The position numbers and the translations under genes are program-made. From Sedimentisphaeraceae bacterium JB056 (lineage in GTDB: Bacteria > Planctomycetota > Phycisphaerae > Sedimentisphaerales > Sedimentisphaeraceae), in contig JBITAJ010000025.1 of assembly GCA_044440125.1 (NCBI GenBank), positions 1-64,000 on the forward strand: a stretch of 64,000 bases of DNA, written 5' to 3'. Within the stretch, counting starts at the first letter, position 1, and every line of letters begins with the position of its first letter. Shown here one piece after another: positions 29,856 to 40,335 of the stretch. Below the pieces are notes generated by a model that had not been told where the DNA came from, ran no database searches, and saw nothing but the letters and a program-made list of their open reading frames with translations.

Positions 29856-31622
29856 ATGGAATTTCAGGTTGGTATTTATGATTATGCCATGATCGGCTTT
29901 TATCTTGTATTTATGGTTGCAGTGGGGCTTATATATAGAAAGCAAAGTAAGAACATAAGCGATTTTTTTCGTAGTGGGGGATCTTTATCCTGGTGGCTTG
30001 TCGGTTCTTCGGCTTTCGTTACCATTTTTTCGGCCTGGACGTTCGTGGGCTGTGCGGGCAAGGTCTACCGCTCCGGGACTATCGCCGGGCTTATCTTTCT
30101 GTTCAATGCCTTGTCTTTGACGTTTTCATATTGGCTTGTGCCTCGTATAAGACGCCTGAGGGTTATAACATGGGTATCTGCTATCAAAGACCGTTTCGGC
30201 TCTTTTGCCGAGCAGTTCTACGCTTGGATAACTATGCTTATAGGATTTCTTTTTGGTGGGGTTTCGTTATATACTCTTGCGGTTTTCTTGCACCCGATAT
30301 TTGGTATAAGCGTACCTGTCATAATAGTTGTTATAAGTGCAGTTATTACGGTAATGGCAGCATCTGGCGGAACTAGTGGACTAATCGTTGGTGATTTTGT
30401 TCAATGTCTTCTTATAGTTTTTGTTGCTTTAGTAACAGCATTTATGATTGTTAGAATACCTGAAGTGGGTGGTGTTAGCGGCTTGCTGGATAAAGTGCCT
30501 CAGTCTCATTTTAGATGGTCTGATCTGGAAGCAAAACAGGTACTTTGGTTTTGGGCTGTTGGAATATTCATTAATCAGTTTGTAGCCGCCAACAACGTGC
30601 AGGCAGGGTGTGCGAGATATATAACAGTGAAAAATGAACGTCATGCAAGAAAAGCACTTTTGATACCGTTCATAGGTATGCTTCTTTTGCCGCTTATTGC
30701 CTTCATACCTCCTCTTGCAGCAACATTTCTCATACCTGATATCGAAAATGTATATGCAGGGTTGAATAATCCCAGCGAGGCAGCTTATATCGCAATGGCG
30801 ATGAAAGTTCTGCCGCAGGGGATGGTGGGGCTTTTGGCCAGCGCGATATTTGCCGCGTCTTTAACGAGCATCAATGTTGTGTTGTCTGTCAACTCGTCGA
30901 TATTCGTCAAGAATATTTATCACTCGATTATCCGAAAGGATGCCTCAGACAGAGAGCTGCTTATCGCTGGCAAAATAACTGTTCTGGTTTTGGGCGCTGT
31001 GCTTTGTCTGGGAGGTATCAAATTCAACGACCTCAAAAGCATCCCGCTGTTCGATCTTACACTAATCGTCGCCGGGCTTATAGGCATGCCTCTGGTGATC
31101 CCGGTGTTCTGGGGGATAATCATCAAGAAGACTCCTTCATGGGCATCATGGACAACTGTTATTATCGGTTTTGCCGTGGCTGCATTAGTACAGTTTCTGC
31201 TTCCAATGGAATTTGTCGCCAATATCATAGGTCTCGACCGTCCGCCCTCAGATCAGGAGATTCTGGATATGCGTTTTGCTTCCACCATAATAAGTGTGGC
31301 GGTCGTATGTACAGTCTGGTTTGTGGGGTCGAGAATTTTCTACGGCAAAGAAACGGAAAAATACAAACGCGATGTGGATGAGCTTTTTGAACGTATTAAT
31401 ACGCCCATTGATGAAGTCAAAGAGGGCGTTGTTGATAATACATACTTTCAGGCACTTACCGTCGGTATCTTATGCATGGTTTACGGGGCGGCAGTGCTGC
31501 TGTGCATGCTTATACCCAATCCGGTTGCAGGTAAGCTTTGTTTTGCCTTCTGCGGCGGCGGTATGATGATATTCGGCATCGGCTTTTATATCAAATCGAG
31601 ATCGCTCAAACCTAAATTATAG
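29856..31622 (+). CDS. Sodium:solute symporter (SSS) family transporter
   Basis: Highly hydrophobic multi-pass protein; DFFRSGGSLSWWLVGSSAF..FSAWTFVG and LPQGMVGLLASAIFAASLTS. Confidence 0.92.
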   Translation: MEFQVGIYDYAMIGFYLVFMVAVGLIYRKQSKNISDFFRSGGSLSWWLVGSSAFVTIFSAWTFVGCAGKVYRSGTIAGLIFLFNALSLTFSYWLVPRIRRLRVITWVSAIKDRFGSFAEQFYAWITMLIGFLFGGVSLYTLAVFLHPIFGISVPVIIVVISAVITVMAASGGTSGLIVGDFVQCLLIVFVALVTAFMIVRIPEVGGVSGLLDKVPQSHFRWSDLEAKQVLWFWAVGIFINQFVAANNVQAGCARYITVKNERHARKALLIPFIGMLLLPLIAFIPPLAATFLIPDIENVYAGLNNPSEAAYIAMAMKVLPQGMVGLLASAIFAASLTSINVVLSVNSSIFVKNIYHSIIRKDASDRELLIAGKITVLVLGAVLCLGGIKFNDLKSIPLFDLTLIVAGLIGMPLVIPVFWGIIIKKTPSWASWTTVIIGFAVAALVQFLLPMEFVANIIGLDRPPSDQEILDMRFASTIISVAVVCTVWFVGSRIFYGKETEKYKRDVDELFERINTPIDEVKEGVVDNTYFQALTVGILCMVYGAAVLLCMLIPNPVAGKLCFAFCGGGMMIFGIGFYIKSRSLKPKL

Positions 31623-31625
31623 TAT

Positions 31626-33968
31626 ATGAAAAATCTTTCAAAATGTCTGTGGTATGATTCGCCGGCAAAGAATTTTAACGAAGCGTTGCCGCTTGGCAAC
31701 GGCAGACTCGGTGCGATGGTGTACGGCGGAGCAGGTCGCGAAAAAATTGCCTTAAACCACGATTCGATCTGGGCCGGCAGAGATGCAGTGCAGCCTTTAC
31801 CGCAGGCTAAAAAGGTTTTGCCTGAGGTAAGACGGCTTTTATTTGAGGAGAAATACCGAGAGGCGCAACGGCTGATAGAGGAAAATATGCTTACCGATTT
31901 CAATCAGCCCTATCTGCCGGCCGGAGATCTGCTGATCGATACCGACGGCATATACGATATAACCGGGTATAAGCGGTCGCTTGATCTGACCACGGCGGTC
32001 TCGACCGTTGCGATAACAGACGCAGACAACCGCAGCCTGACGAGGGAGTGTTTCTGCTCTTACGTTGACGACGTGTTTGCTATGCGGATACACTCTGATA
32101 GTGAGATCGATAAGCTGATGTTTTCTCTTGATTCGCAAATGCGCCATAAAGTTCATTGCGTTGACGGTGGTCTGATGCTTAAAGCGGATATCCCGATAAG
32201 CGTTATATGGAAAGAGATCGATGATACAGCGGCACCCGAGGATATTGTCAAATACGATTCGTCCGATTGCCGCAGCTATGCCATCTCCATGCGTGTGTTG
32301 ACGGAAAAGGGTGAAGTCGTTTGTGATGATAAACATTTGCAGGTTTGCAAGACTGACGAGATAACAATCTTCCTCGCCGTATCGGTCGGTGAAGATAAGG
32401 ATGCTGTTTGCACGCAGGCTTCATCTAAGCTTGATCGTGCTTTGTCAAAAGGTTTTTCCAGGCTTAGAGACGATCACATAAATGACTATCAACGCCTGTT
32501 CAAAAGGGTTACGCTTGAACTTGGCAGCGTAGAAAAAGAACTCAGCCGGCTTGCGACTGACGAGAGGATCAAAAAACATGCCGTGAACAATGATACGCAA
32601 CTTGAAGCTTTGCTTTTTGATTACGGTCGTTATCTTCTAATAGCCAGCAGCAGAGAAGGCTGCGAGGCGGCAAATCTGCAGGGTATATGGAATGAATCGA
32701 TGCAGCCGCCGTGGTGGTCGAATTATACGCTCAATATAAATACCCAGATGAATTACTGGCCTGCCGAAGTCTGCAATCTTTCAGAGTGTCATGAACCATT
32801 ATTCGAACTTGTCAGGCAGCTTAGCGGCAGCGGCAGAAAAACTGCCGAAATACATTACGGATGTAAAGGATGGACTGCCCATCATCAAACCGATTTTCTA
32901 AGGCAGACTACGCCGGTGGGTAAGCTTAAAGGCAGGGTGAACTACGGAGCCGCTCAGTATGCCATGTGGCCGATGGGCGGGGCGTGGCTTTGCACCCACC
33001 TGTGGGAACATTTTCTCTATACGCAGGATATAGCGTTTCTTGAAAAGCACTGGCCGGTAATTAAGGATGCCGCCGTCTTTTTATTAGACTGGCTGGTCTT
33101 ATCACCTGATGGACGGCTGGTTACCGCACCTTCTACTTCACCGGAGAATATGTACAAGCACCCCGGTGGTTATCTCAATTCGGTATGCATCAGCTCGGCT
33201 ATGGATATCTCGATCGTAAATGAGCTGTTTGATATCTGCGTTAAGGCTTCAGATATATTGGAGCTTGATGATATTATTATATCTGAAATTAAAGAGGCTG
33301 TTAAACTTTTGCCTGAGATAAAGATTACAGATAGCGGCGAGATAATCGAATGGAACGAGAACTGGGAGCAGGGCGAGGCGAACCATCGACATCTCTCGCA
33401 CCTGATCGGCCTTTATCCGTTTGCGCAGATAACCAAAGATGTTTCTCCGCAGCTTGCCCGGGCGGCCCGGCGTTCATTGGAGCAGCGAGGTGATAAGGGT
33501 ACCGGCTGGTCGCTGGCGTGGAAGGTATCTTTGTGGGCTCGTCTTAAAAATGGGAATCGCTGTCACAAGTTGATTGGGGATTTATTCAGTGCCGTGCAGC
33601 CGAATACCGATCTTGATTATCACTCCGGAGGCGGGCTGTATCCGAATATGCTTGCTGCGCATCCGCCGTTTCAGATCGATGCCAATTTTGGGTTTACCGC
33701 GGCGGTGGCTGAGATGCTTGTGCAAAGCCATAATGGAAAGATATGCCTGCTGCCTGCTTTGCCGGATAAGTGGAAAACCGGAAAAGTTTGCGGCTTAAGA
33801 GCCCGAGGCGGCATTACGGTTAATATCGAATGGAAAGATAATAAGCTTGCCGAAGCGAAGTTGTACGGCTCGTTTGAGTCGGATGTTGTCGTACGTTATT
33901 GTGATAAGGAGCTTGATATAAAGCTCGGTTCTAATAAAACGGTTTTGATAACCGGTTGTGATTTTTGA
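31626..33968 (+). CDS. GH95 alpha-L-fucosidase / L-galactosidase
   Basis: EALPLGNGRLGAM, FDYGRYLLIASSR, ANLQGIWN, YTLNINTQMNYW, STSPEN, HRHLSHL, GWSLAWK, PPFQIDANFG. Confidence 0.93.
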   Translation: MKNLSKCLWYDSPAKNFNEALPLGNGRLGAMVYGGAGREKIALNHDSIWAGRDAVQPLPQAKKVLPEVRRLLFEEKYREAQRLIEENMLTDFNQPYLPAGDLLIDTDGIYDITGYKRSLDLTTAVSTVAITDADNRSLTRECFCSYVDDVFAMRIHSDSEIDKLMFSLDSQMRHKVHCVDGGLMLKADIPISVIWKEIDDTAAPEDIVKYDSSDCRSYAISMRVLTEKGEVVCDDKHLQVCKTDEITIFLAVSVGEDKDAVCTQASSKLDRALSKGFSRLRDDHINDYQRLFKRVTLELGSVEKELSRLATDERIKKHAVNNDTQLEALLFDYGRYLLIASSREGCEAANLQGIWNESMQPPWWSNYTLNINTQMNYWPAEVCNLSECHEPLFELVRQLSGSGRKTAEIHYGCKGWTAHHQTDFLRQTTPVGKLKGRVNYGAAQYAMWPMGGAWLCTHLWEHFLYTQDIAFLEKHWPVIKDAAVFLLDWLVLSPDGRLVTAPSTSPENMYKHPGGYLNSVCISSAMDISIVNELFDICVKASDILELDDIIISEIKEAVKLLPEIKITDSGEIIEWNENWEQGEANHRHLSHLIGLYPFAQITKDVSPQLARAARRSLEQRGDKGTGWSLAWKVSLWARLKNGNRCHKLIGDLFSAVQPNTDLDYHSGGGLYPNMLAAHPPFQIDANFGFTAAVAEMLVQSHNGKICLLPALPDKWKTGKVCGLRARGGITVNIEWKDNKLAEAKLYGSFESDVVVRYCDKELDIKLGSNKTVLITGCDF

Positions 33969-33994
33969 TGTTAATATTGCTGAAAGGAGCAGAT

Positions 33995-36328
33995 ATGTAT
34001 CGAGTGAAATTTGTTGCGTCTTTTTTAATGTTGTGTGGTTTTCTTATGGCCGATACGCAAAGAAGTGATTTTGCAAAGGCTTTAGAGCTTCTGGATACCG
34101 GAAAGCCGGAGCTTTCGAGCGTGCAGACATCAATAGAACAAGGTAATGAGCGAAGAGCTTTTGAACAATATAAACATATTCTCGTCAATAGGGTTTCGGG
34201 TTTCGATTCGGTAAAAGATTTTAGCTACTGGCTCTATGGACCGGCAAACGCTGACGAACTGCTTGAGGGCATCCTCACCACCCAGCAGTACGGAAAGCCG
34301 GTAAGAACCATCGCAAAGATCGGCATGCCCGGAAGTGTGCAATGGTACAGGGTGCCCGATGACGGCTATACGACGCTTCTTCGTGATATCACTACGATGC
34401 ACTGGACGACCAAGCTTGCGGAAAAATACCGGCAGACCGGCGATCTCCGCTATCTCAAAGCCTGGCAGGGATACTGGGACGACTTTGTAACCAACTGGCC
34501 CGCTGAATACGAAAAAGCCAAAAGGAACCCTGAGACCATGGCACTTGTGGAGAAGCAGTCGATCAAATGGAGCGATATCGCACTTTATATAGGCTGGAGG
34601 CTGGAGAGCTTCGAGCAGGCCTTCAATGCAGTTTGCCACAGGGCGGTAAAGGACGGGGTTATAAATGAGATCGATAGTGAAAAGCTGGCTCGTTTGCTTG
34701 TCCATCTCGACACATTCGAGGCGGCGAAAGGTATCGGTTGGATAGAACGCGACGGCGGTGTACCAAATCAGAGGGTACATTGCGCTACGGCTATGTTCGA
34801 ACTTGGCGTTTATCTAAGTGATTTTGAGAATTCAGGTAAATGGCGTCAGCTTGGTGTTAAGGAAGTGCAGAGAAGCGGCTTTCTACCTGACGGTACCGAT
34901 ATGGAGCAGAGCCTCAATTACAACAAGGGACTTGTAAAGACAATTGATAAGTTTTTGCATATGTCCGCCATGCTTCCCAAGAGTGAAAAGGGCCCGTGGC
35001 TTGATAATCTCAAGCATATGTATAAATATCGCTATTATTATCTCCATTCAATAGTCAAGCCTGACGGATCCCAACCGATCATCGGTAAGAACAACACGTG
35101 GCGAAAATATGATGAAGATGTAAAGGATATGCCGGGGCTTACTTCCGACCTTCTGATAGATGACTTCTCTATGTTGCCTCTATCCAAAACTATAAATGAA
35201 TATATCTATCAGAGTAAAGATGTTTCTCCTCCGGCTTTCGACTCTATATATTTTCCCTACGGTGGTTATGTTGTGCTTCGTGATGGTTGGGATTCTGACA
35301 GTTTATACTGTTTTATGAAGACTTCAAGACCTGGTAACGGACATATGAAAGAGGCCGGAAACGGCATCGAACTCTCGGCACTAGGTGCCAACCTGATAGT
35401 CAATTCCGGCGGAGAGCTTTACAATCCCGATCTGAAGCATAAGGGTTTCTGGTATTCGACCTCCGCTCAGAACTCGATCAGCGTAGACGGCTACAGTCAG
35501 GACCTGAAATATGAGCAGGATGTACCGGTAACTTATAAGGAGCCCATAAATGCCAGGTTCCTTGCAGGCGATAATTTCGATTTTATCGAGGGTAAGTTCC
35601 GCGGCGTTTACGCGGGCTGGAATTTCAAAAAGCACGGCACGAATGTGGAGAATTATTATAAGCTTGAAAAAGACGTTGTTATAGACGATGTAACCCACGA
35701 TCGCCAGGTGATCTTCCTCAGGCACGAAGGCATATTCATCGTAACCGACATAATCGACAGCGCCGGCGAGCATAAATTTACGCAAAGCTGGCTTCTGGCT
35801 CCCGAGTTCACGCCCGGAATGGTTGATTTTAAGTACAATACTATCACCGCCACCCGTGATAACGGGGTGAGCCTGGTTATGTATCAGTCAGGCATCGGGA
35901 ATATTGAATACGCCAAACCTTATGGCGTGATGGAAGAGGATCAGATTATCGGCTGGCTCGGAAAGGCTGTTGATGAAAAGACTGGAGAGTTCTCGCCGGC
36001 TGTAGATGTTTTGTGTGAGTGGAGTGGTACTGGAAAACAGGTGCTGATAACTGTAATCGTGCCTTACAATAATACGACGCCTGTTTCAGACTTTACGTCA
36101 CGTAATAATGGTTTTGAGATGAAGCTTGCTGATGGCGGCAATATATCTTACCGTTACGGAAGTTCAAGCGGCGTGGAAGCCGTATGCCAAAGTGGAAACT
36201 GCATCCTTACCCTTAAAGAAGACAACGTTTTTGAAACAGATTCGCAAGGGAAAAAGGTGAAAGCTATAAAGCCCAATACCTTTAAATGGGAAAAAACTTC
36301 CCAGGGCGAAATGCCTGTCTACAATTGA
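33995..36328 (+). CDS. Heparinase II/III (PL12-like) lyase, no accessory domains
   Basis: AAAGGAG SD and signal peptide; GVPNQ, PDGTDMEQSLNYN, FPYGGYVVLRDGW, MKTSRPGNGH, QNSISVDG. Confidence 0.8.
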   Translation: MYRVKFVASFLMLCGFLMADTQRSDFAKALELLDTGKPELSSVQTSIEQGNERRAFEQYKHILVNRVSGFDSVKDFSYWLYGPANADELLEGILTTQQYGKPVRTIAKIGMPGSVQWYRVPDDGYTTLLRDITTMHWTTKLAEKYRQTGDLRYLKAWQGYWDDFVTNWPAEYEKAKRNPETMALVEKQSIKWSDIALYIGWRLESFEQAFNAVCHRAVKDGVINEIDSEKLARLLVHLDTFEAAKGIGWIERDGGVPNQRVHCATAMFELGVYLSDFENSGKWRQLGVKEVQRSGFLPDGTDMEQSLNYNKGLVKTIDKFLHMSAMLPKSEKGPWLDNLKHMYKYRYYYLHSIVKPDGSQPIIGKNNTWRKYDEDVKDMPGLTSDLLIDDFSMLPLSKTINEYIYQSKDVSPPAFDSIYFPYGGYVVLRDGWDSDSLYCFMKTSRPGNGHMKEAGNGIELSALGANLIVNSGGELYNPDLKHKGFWYSTSAQNSISVDGYSQDLKYEQDVPVTYKEPINARFLAGDNFDFIEGKFRGVYAGWNFKKHGTNVENYYKLEKDVVIDDVTHDRQVIFLRHEGIFIVTDIIDSAGEHKFTQSWLLAPEFTPGMVDFKYNTITATRDNGVSLVMYQSGIGNIEYAKPYGVMEEDQIIGWLGKAVDEKTGEFSPAVDVLCEWSGTGKQVLITVIVPYNNTTPVSDFTSRNNGFEMKLADGGNISYRYGSSSGVEAVCQSGNCILTLKEDNVFETDSQGKKVKAIKPNTFKWEKTSQGEMPVYN

Positions 36329-36491
36329 GGTGGTGATTCCCTGTTAAACACGGTGAAAGTTGTTTTGTCCATATGAATGTTCGTTTTGTGTATTTTGTTG
36401 TGCTTTAATGCTGTTATAGTACGATTGTATTGTGCTAAAACGTGCAGTTATATAAAAAGGGCATTGTAAAATAATAAAGTTAGGGAAGCGA

Positions 36492-38006
36492 ATGAACAGA
36501 CGTGATTTTCTGAAAAAAACAGCGTTAGTCGGCGTTTCGGCCGCGTTGGGCGGATGTCTTGGACCCGTAGAATGGAAAAAAGATTCTAAACCGAACGTTC
36601 TTTTCATACTTGTCGATGATTTAGGGGCAAAAGACCTGGGCTGTTACGGGAGCAGTTTCTATGAGACTCCGAACATAGATGCTCTTGCTGCAGCAGGGAT
36701 GATGTTTACCAACGCGTACGCCGCCAGTCCGGTTTGTACGCCAACACGTGCCAGTATTCAGAGCGGAAAGTATCCGGCAAGAATAGGTATCAACTTTATA
36801 CTCAATGATGGGCTTAAGGACCCGAGTTATCCGCTTTGCCCGCCGCATTGTGAAACGGAGATGAAGCTTTCGGAAGTAACTCTTGCTGAAACTCTTAAAA
36901 CAGACGGCTACAAGACATTTTTTGCAGGTAAATGGCATCTTGGTGAGGAAGAAAAATACTATCCCGAGCAGCAAGGCTATGACATAAACTACGGCGGTCA
37001 CAAGGGCGGACAGCCGGGTAGCTATTTCTATCCCTACGAGAATGACTTTATGGATGGATATTTCAATGTGCCTGATCTTGAAGATGGTGAAGAAGGTAAA
37101 TATCTTACTGATCATCTTACTGATAAAACCGTTGAGTTTATAAAAAATAATTCAGACAACAGCTTTTTTGCTTTCATGTCGTATTATTCGGTACATACTC
37201 CGCTTGAGGCAAAGCCCGATCTTGTTGAGAAATATAGACTCAAAGCTGAAAAAATGGGACTTGGCGGTGAGGTGCCTTTTGAGGTTGAGGAAAATGCCTG
37301 CGATGACTACAGAACACCAGAATTTGAAAAGATCTCTTACACAAGAACAAATCAGGCTCACGCCGTTTATGCAGCTATGATTGAAAGTGTTGACCAGAAT
37401 GTCGGCAGGTTGCTTAGATGTCTTGAACAAGAGGGTTTGGCAGATAATACTGCTGTTATATTATTCTCTGATAACGGTGGACTCAGCACTCATACTCATC
37501 GTCCGCTCGAAAAAATGCCGACATCGAATTATCCGCTTCGGGCCGGTAAAGGCTGGCTCTATGAGGGCGGCATAAGGGAGCCTTTGATAGTCCGCTGGCC
37601 CGGCGTTGTTAAGCCCGGCAGTTACAATGATGAGCCGGTTATAAGCGTCGATTTTTATCCCACAGTTATGGATATGGCCGGCATAAAGAGTACGCCCCAA
37701 AAGCTCGACGGTGTGAGCCTGATGCCCCTTCTTACCGGCAGAAAAGAACTCGACCGCGATGCGATATATTGGCATATGCCTCATTATCATTCCTCAGGGG
37801 TTTGCCCATCGGGGGCGGTTCGCTGGAAAGATTATAAATTGATTGAATACTTTGAAGATAGTAGGGTTGAACTTTTCAATCTCAAAGATGATGAATCAGA
37901 GCGAAATGATATTTCAGGCAAAAGACCTGATATCGCGGCCCTGTTGAAAACGAAGCTTGAGAACTGGAGAAAAGATGTTAACGCAGCGATGCCGGTTAAG
38001 CAATAA
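36492..38006 (+). CDS. Sulfatase (S1, Cys-type), Tat signal peptide
   Basis: MNRRDFLK, PNVLFILVDDLG, CTPTR..SGKYP, GKWHLG, SDNGG, YEGGIREP. Confidence 0.94.
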   Translation: MNRRDFLKKTALVGVSAALGGCLGPVEWKKDSKPNVLFILVDDLGAKDLGCYGSSFYETPNIDALAAAGMMFTNAYAASPVCTPTRASIQSGKYPARIGINFILNDGLKDPSYPLCPPHCETEMKLSEVTLAETLKTDGYKTFFAGKWHLGEEEKYYPEQQGYDINYGGHKGGQPGSYFYPYENDFMDGYFNVPDLEDGEEGKYLTDHLTDKTVEFIKNNSDNSFFAFMSYYSVHTPLEAKPDLVEKYRLKAEKMGLGGEVPFEVEENACDDYRTPEFEKISYTRTNQAHAVYAAMIESVDQNVGRLLRCLEQEGLADNTAVILFSDNGGLSTHTHRPLEKMPTSNYPLRAGKGWLYEGGIREPLIVRWPGVVKPGSYNDEPVISVDFYPTVMDMAGIKSTPQKLDGVSLMPLLTGRKELDRDAIYWHMPHYHSSGVCPSGAVRWKDYKLIEYFEDSRVELFNLKDDESERNDISGKRPDIAALLKTKLENWRKDVNAAMPVKQ

Positions 38007-38019
38007 TGAAAGGATAATA

Positions 38020-39360
38020 ATGGATAAACCGAATATAATACTTATAACATGCCACGATATTGGACAGCACTTAGGCTGTTACGGTGTAGATACTGTTTGC
38101 ACTCCTGCGATAGATGAATTTGCTTCCCAAAGCGTTCGTTTCGAGAACAGCTTCTGTACCGCCCCGCAGTGCAGCCCCAGCCGTGCCTCTATCTATACCG
38201 GCAGGTATCCGCACAACAACGGTGTAATGGGATTGACGCATTTTAATTTTGCTTGGGACCTCAACCCCGATGAGAAACACCTCAACGGCTACCTTCAGGA
38301 TGCAGGCTATACGACCGCCCTGATAGGCGTGCAGCATGAGACGCGATATCCCGAGAGAATCGGCTACGACTTCTTCAAAGCCGCCGGTGTTGATGCCTCC
38401 AGCGGAAAATTCGGTGAGCAGGACGGTTACGACGGCAATCCTCCCTGCGAGCTTATTGCTGAAGATTCCGCCGATTATATCAAACGGCACGGCGATTCGC
38501 AGAAACCGTTCTATTTGCAGATTGGGTTCTTCGAACCGCATCGTAATTTCGATTTTGGCGGTGCAAAGCCCGACAGCAGTAAAGGTGTTTTCGTGCCGCC
38601 TTATCTCGTAGATGAGCCTTCTGCGAGAGATGAATTTGCTGAGTTTCAGGGGGCTATAAAGAAGGTTGACACGGCGATAGGAAATATCTTCAAAGCCGTT
38701 GATCAAGCCGGACTGCGTGATAATACTATCGTGATCTATACCGCTGACCACGGCATACCGTTCCCGCGTGCCAAATGTACCCTTTATGATGCGGGGTTGC
38801 AGGTGCCCTTTATTATCCGCTGGCCGCAGAGAGATTGGCAGGGCGGCAGGGTGCAGGAAGAGATGATTTCCAATATCGATTATGTGCCGACTTTGCTTGA
38901 TGCTCTTGGAATTGATGTGCCTGAAAATGTGCAGGGCAGAAGCTTTACCGGTTTGCTTGACGGTAGTGATTATGAGCCTAATCAGGAAATTTACGGCGAA
39001 CTCACTTATCACGAATATTATGATCCAATGAGATGTATTCGCAACGCTAAGTATAAGCTGATAGCTGATTTTTCTTCGGCTCCTCTGATAATGAATCCAT
39101 CGCAGACGTATCGTCCTAATACCATAACTGTAGAGCCGGAAGAGCCTTCATGGGCATATAATGATTATATACAGCTTTATGATTTAGAGAATGATCCTTA
39201 CGAGCAGAACAATCTTGCTGATGATAAGAGTTTTGCGGAAATTAAAAAAGAGCTTTCCAAGAAACTGCTCAAATGGATGCATGATACAGATGATCCGCTT
39301 CTTAAAGGGGCTGTTACTTCACCGCACCATTTTAAGGCTATGGATTTACTTAAAAGTTAG
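38020..39360 (+). CDS. Sulfatase (S1, Cys-type), N-sulfoglucosamine sulfohydrolase-like, no signal peptide
   Basis: KPNIILITCHD, CSPSR..TGRYPH.NG..GL.H, FFEPHR, TADHGIPFPRAKCTLYD. These motifs resemble the sulfamidase-like subgroup. AGGA SD precedes ATG 38020. Confidence 0.88.
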   Translation: MDKPNIILITCHDIGQHLGCYGVDTVCTPAIDEFASQSVRFENSFCTAPQCSPSRASIYTGRYPHNNGVMGLTHFNFAWDLNPDEKHLNGYLQDAGYTTALIGVQHETRYPERIGYDFFKAAGVDASSGKFGEQDGYDGNPPCELIAEDSADYIKRHGDSQKPFYLQIGFFEPHRNFDFGGAKPDSSKGVFVPPYLVDEPSARDEFAEFQGAIKKVDTAIGNIFKAVDQAGLRDNTIVIYTADHGIPFPRAKCTLYDAGLQVPFIIRWPQRDWQGGRVQEEMISNIDYVPTLLDALGIDVPENVQGRSFTGLLDGSDYEPNQEIYGELTYHEYYDPMRCIRNAKYKLIADFSSAPLIMNPSQTYRPNTITVEPEEPSWAYNDYIQLYDLENDPYEQNNLADDKSFAEIKKELSKKLLKWMHDTDDPLLKGAVTSPHHFKAMDLLKS

Positions 39361-39396
39361 ACTGTTTCAATTGAATTTAAAGACCAATTAGTAACC

Positions 39397-40335
39397 ATGA
39401 CAGATAATTGTGATTTACCAAATATGCTTTTTGCTCCTCCCGGAGAATATATCAAGGATCATAGCCTGATTTTTGAAGGCGGGCGTTGGCACTTTTTCAG
39501 TATTTCGGGTCAAACTGGCCGGTGCTGGTTAGATAAGGGCAGCGAGGAAAGCATTTCCCACAGCAGCTCACCCGATCTGGTCAATTGGGTTATGCACGGT
39601 CATCCGGTCAAGGCAAGCGGTAAAGACGGCTATAATGATGAGCATATGGCTGTGGCTCCGCATGTCGTAAAAGCCAATGATGGTCTTTTCTATATGGCAT
39701 ATTCCGGTTGGCGGCATCCAAACAAACGCCCGAATTTCAATTATGAAGGCCATCTGGAAAGTATTTACATGGCTGTCAGTAATGATCTTTTCAATTGGAA
39801 TATTCCCGAACATATTGAACCTTGCGGAATAACCGTAACTAAGGGTGAACCCATAAAGGGGCGTGATCCTCATTTGTTCTTTGATGCAAAGGATGAACGC
39901 TGGCTCCTGTACTATACCCGTCAAACAGATAATGCGCCGTTCTCTGTCGGCGTTGCTCAAAGCAGGGACCTCAATACATGGGAGAATATGGGCGATGCGA
40001 TCGTTATCCAAAGCGGTGATTATATTTTTAATCCTTGTGAAAGCCCGTTTGTTTTGAAGCACCCCCTCAGCGGTAAATATATTCTTCTGCTCAATTGGGA
40101 TTACAGCATAAGTGAGGACCCGTTAAGGTTTGATTCGCTTACACCGCTCCCTTTTAAGGCGGGTATTGTAAAAAACGAATATACCTGGGAAGGTGTGGGT
40201 GCCGGTTTTGCCAGAGAAGTAATAAGCCATAACGGCCAAAATTATTTCTCAGGAGTTTTGGGGCCTGATGGTTATTTCAAATTAGGTTTTACGCCTTTTA
40301 GGTGGACCGATGAATTTCTCGAATTGGAAATTTAA
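39397..40335 (+). CDS. Five-bladed beta-propeller glycoside hydrolase (GH32/GH43-like)
   Basis: YIKDHSLI, SSSPDLVNW, APHVV, AVSNDLFNW, GRDPH, QSRDLNTW, CESPFV. Confidence 0.7.
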   Translation: MTDNCDLPNMLFAPPGEYIKDHSLIFEGGRWHFFSISGQTGRCWLDKGSEESISHSSSPDLVNWVMHGHPVKASGKDGYNDEHMAVAPHVVKANDGLFYMAYSGWRHPNKRPNFNYEGHLESIYMAVSNDLFNWNIPEHIEPCGITVTKGEPIKGRDPHLFFDAKDERWLLYYTRQTDNAPFSVGVAQSRDLNTWENMGDAIVIQSGDYIFNPCESPFVLKHPLSGKYILLLNWDYSISEDPLRFDSLTPLPFKAGIVKNEYTWEGVGAGFAREVISHNGQNYFSGVLGPDGYFKLGFTPFRWTDEFLELEI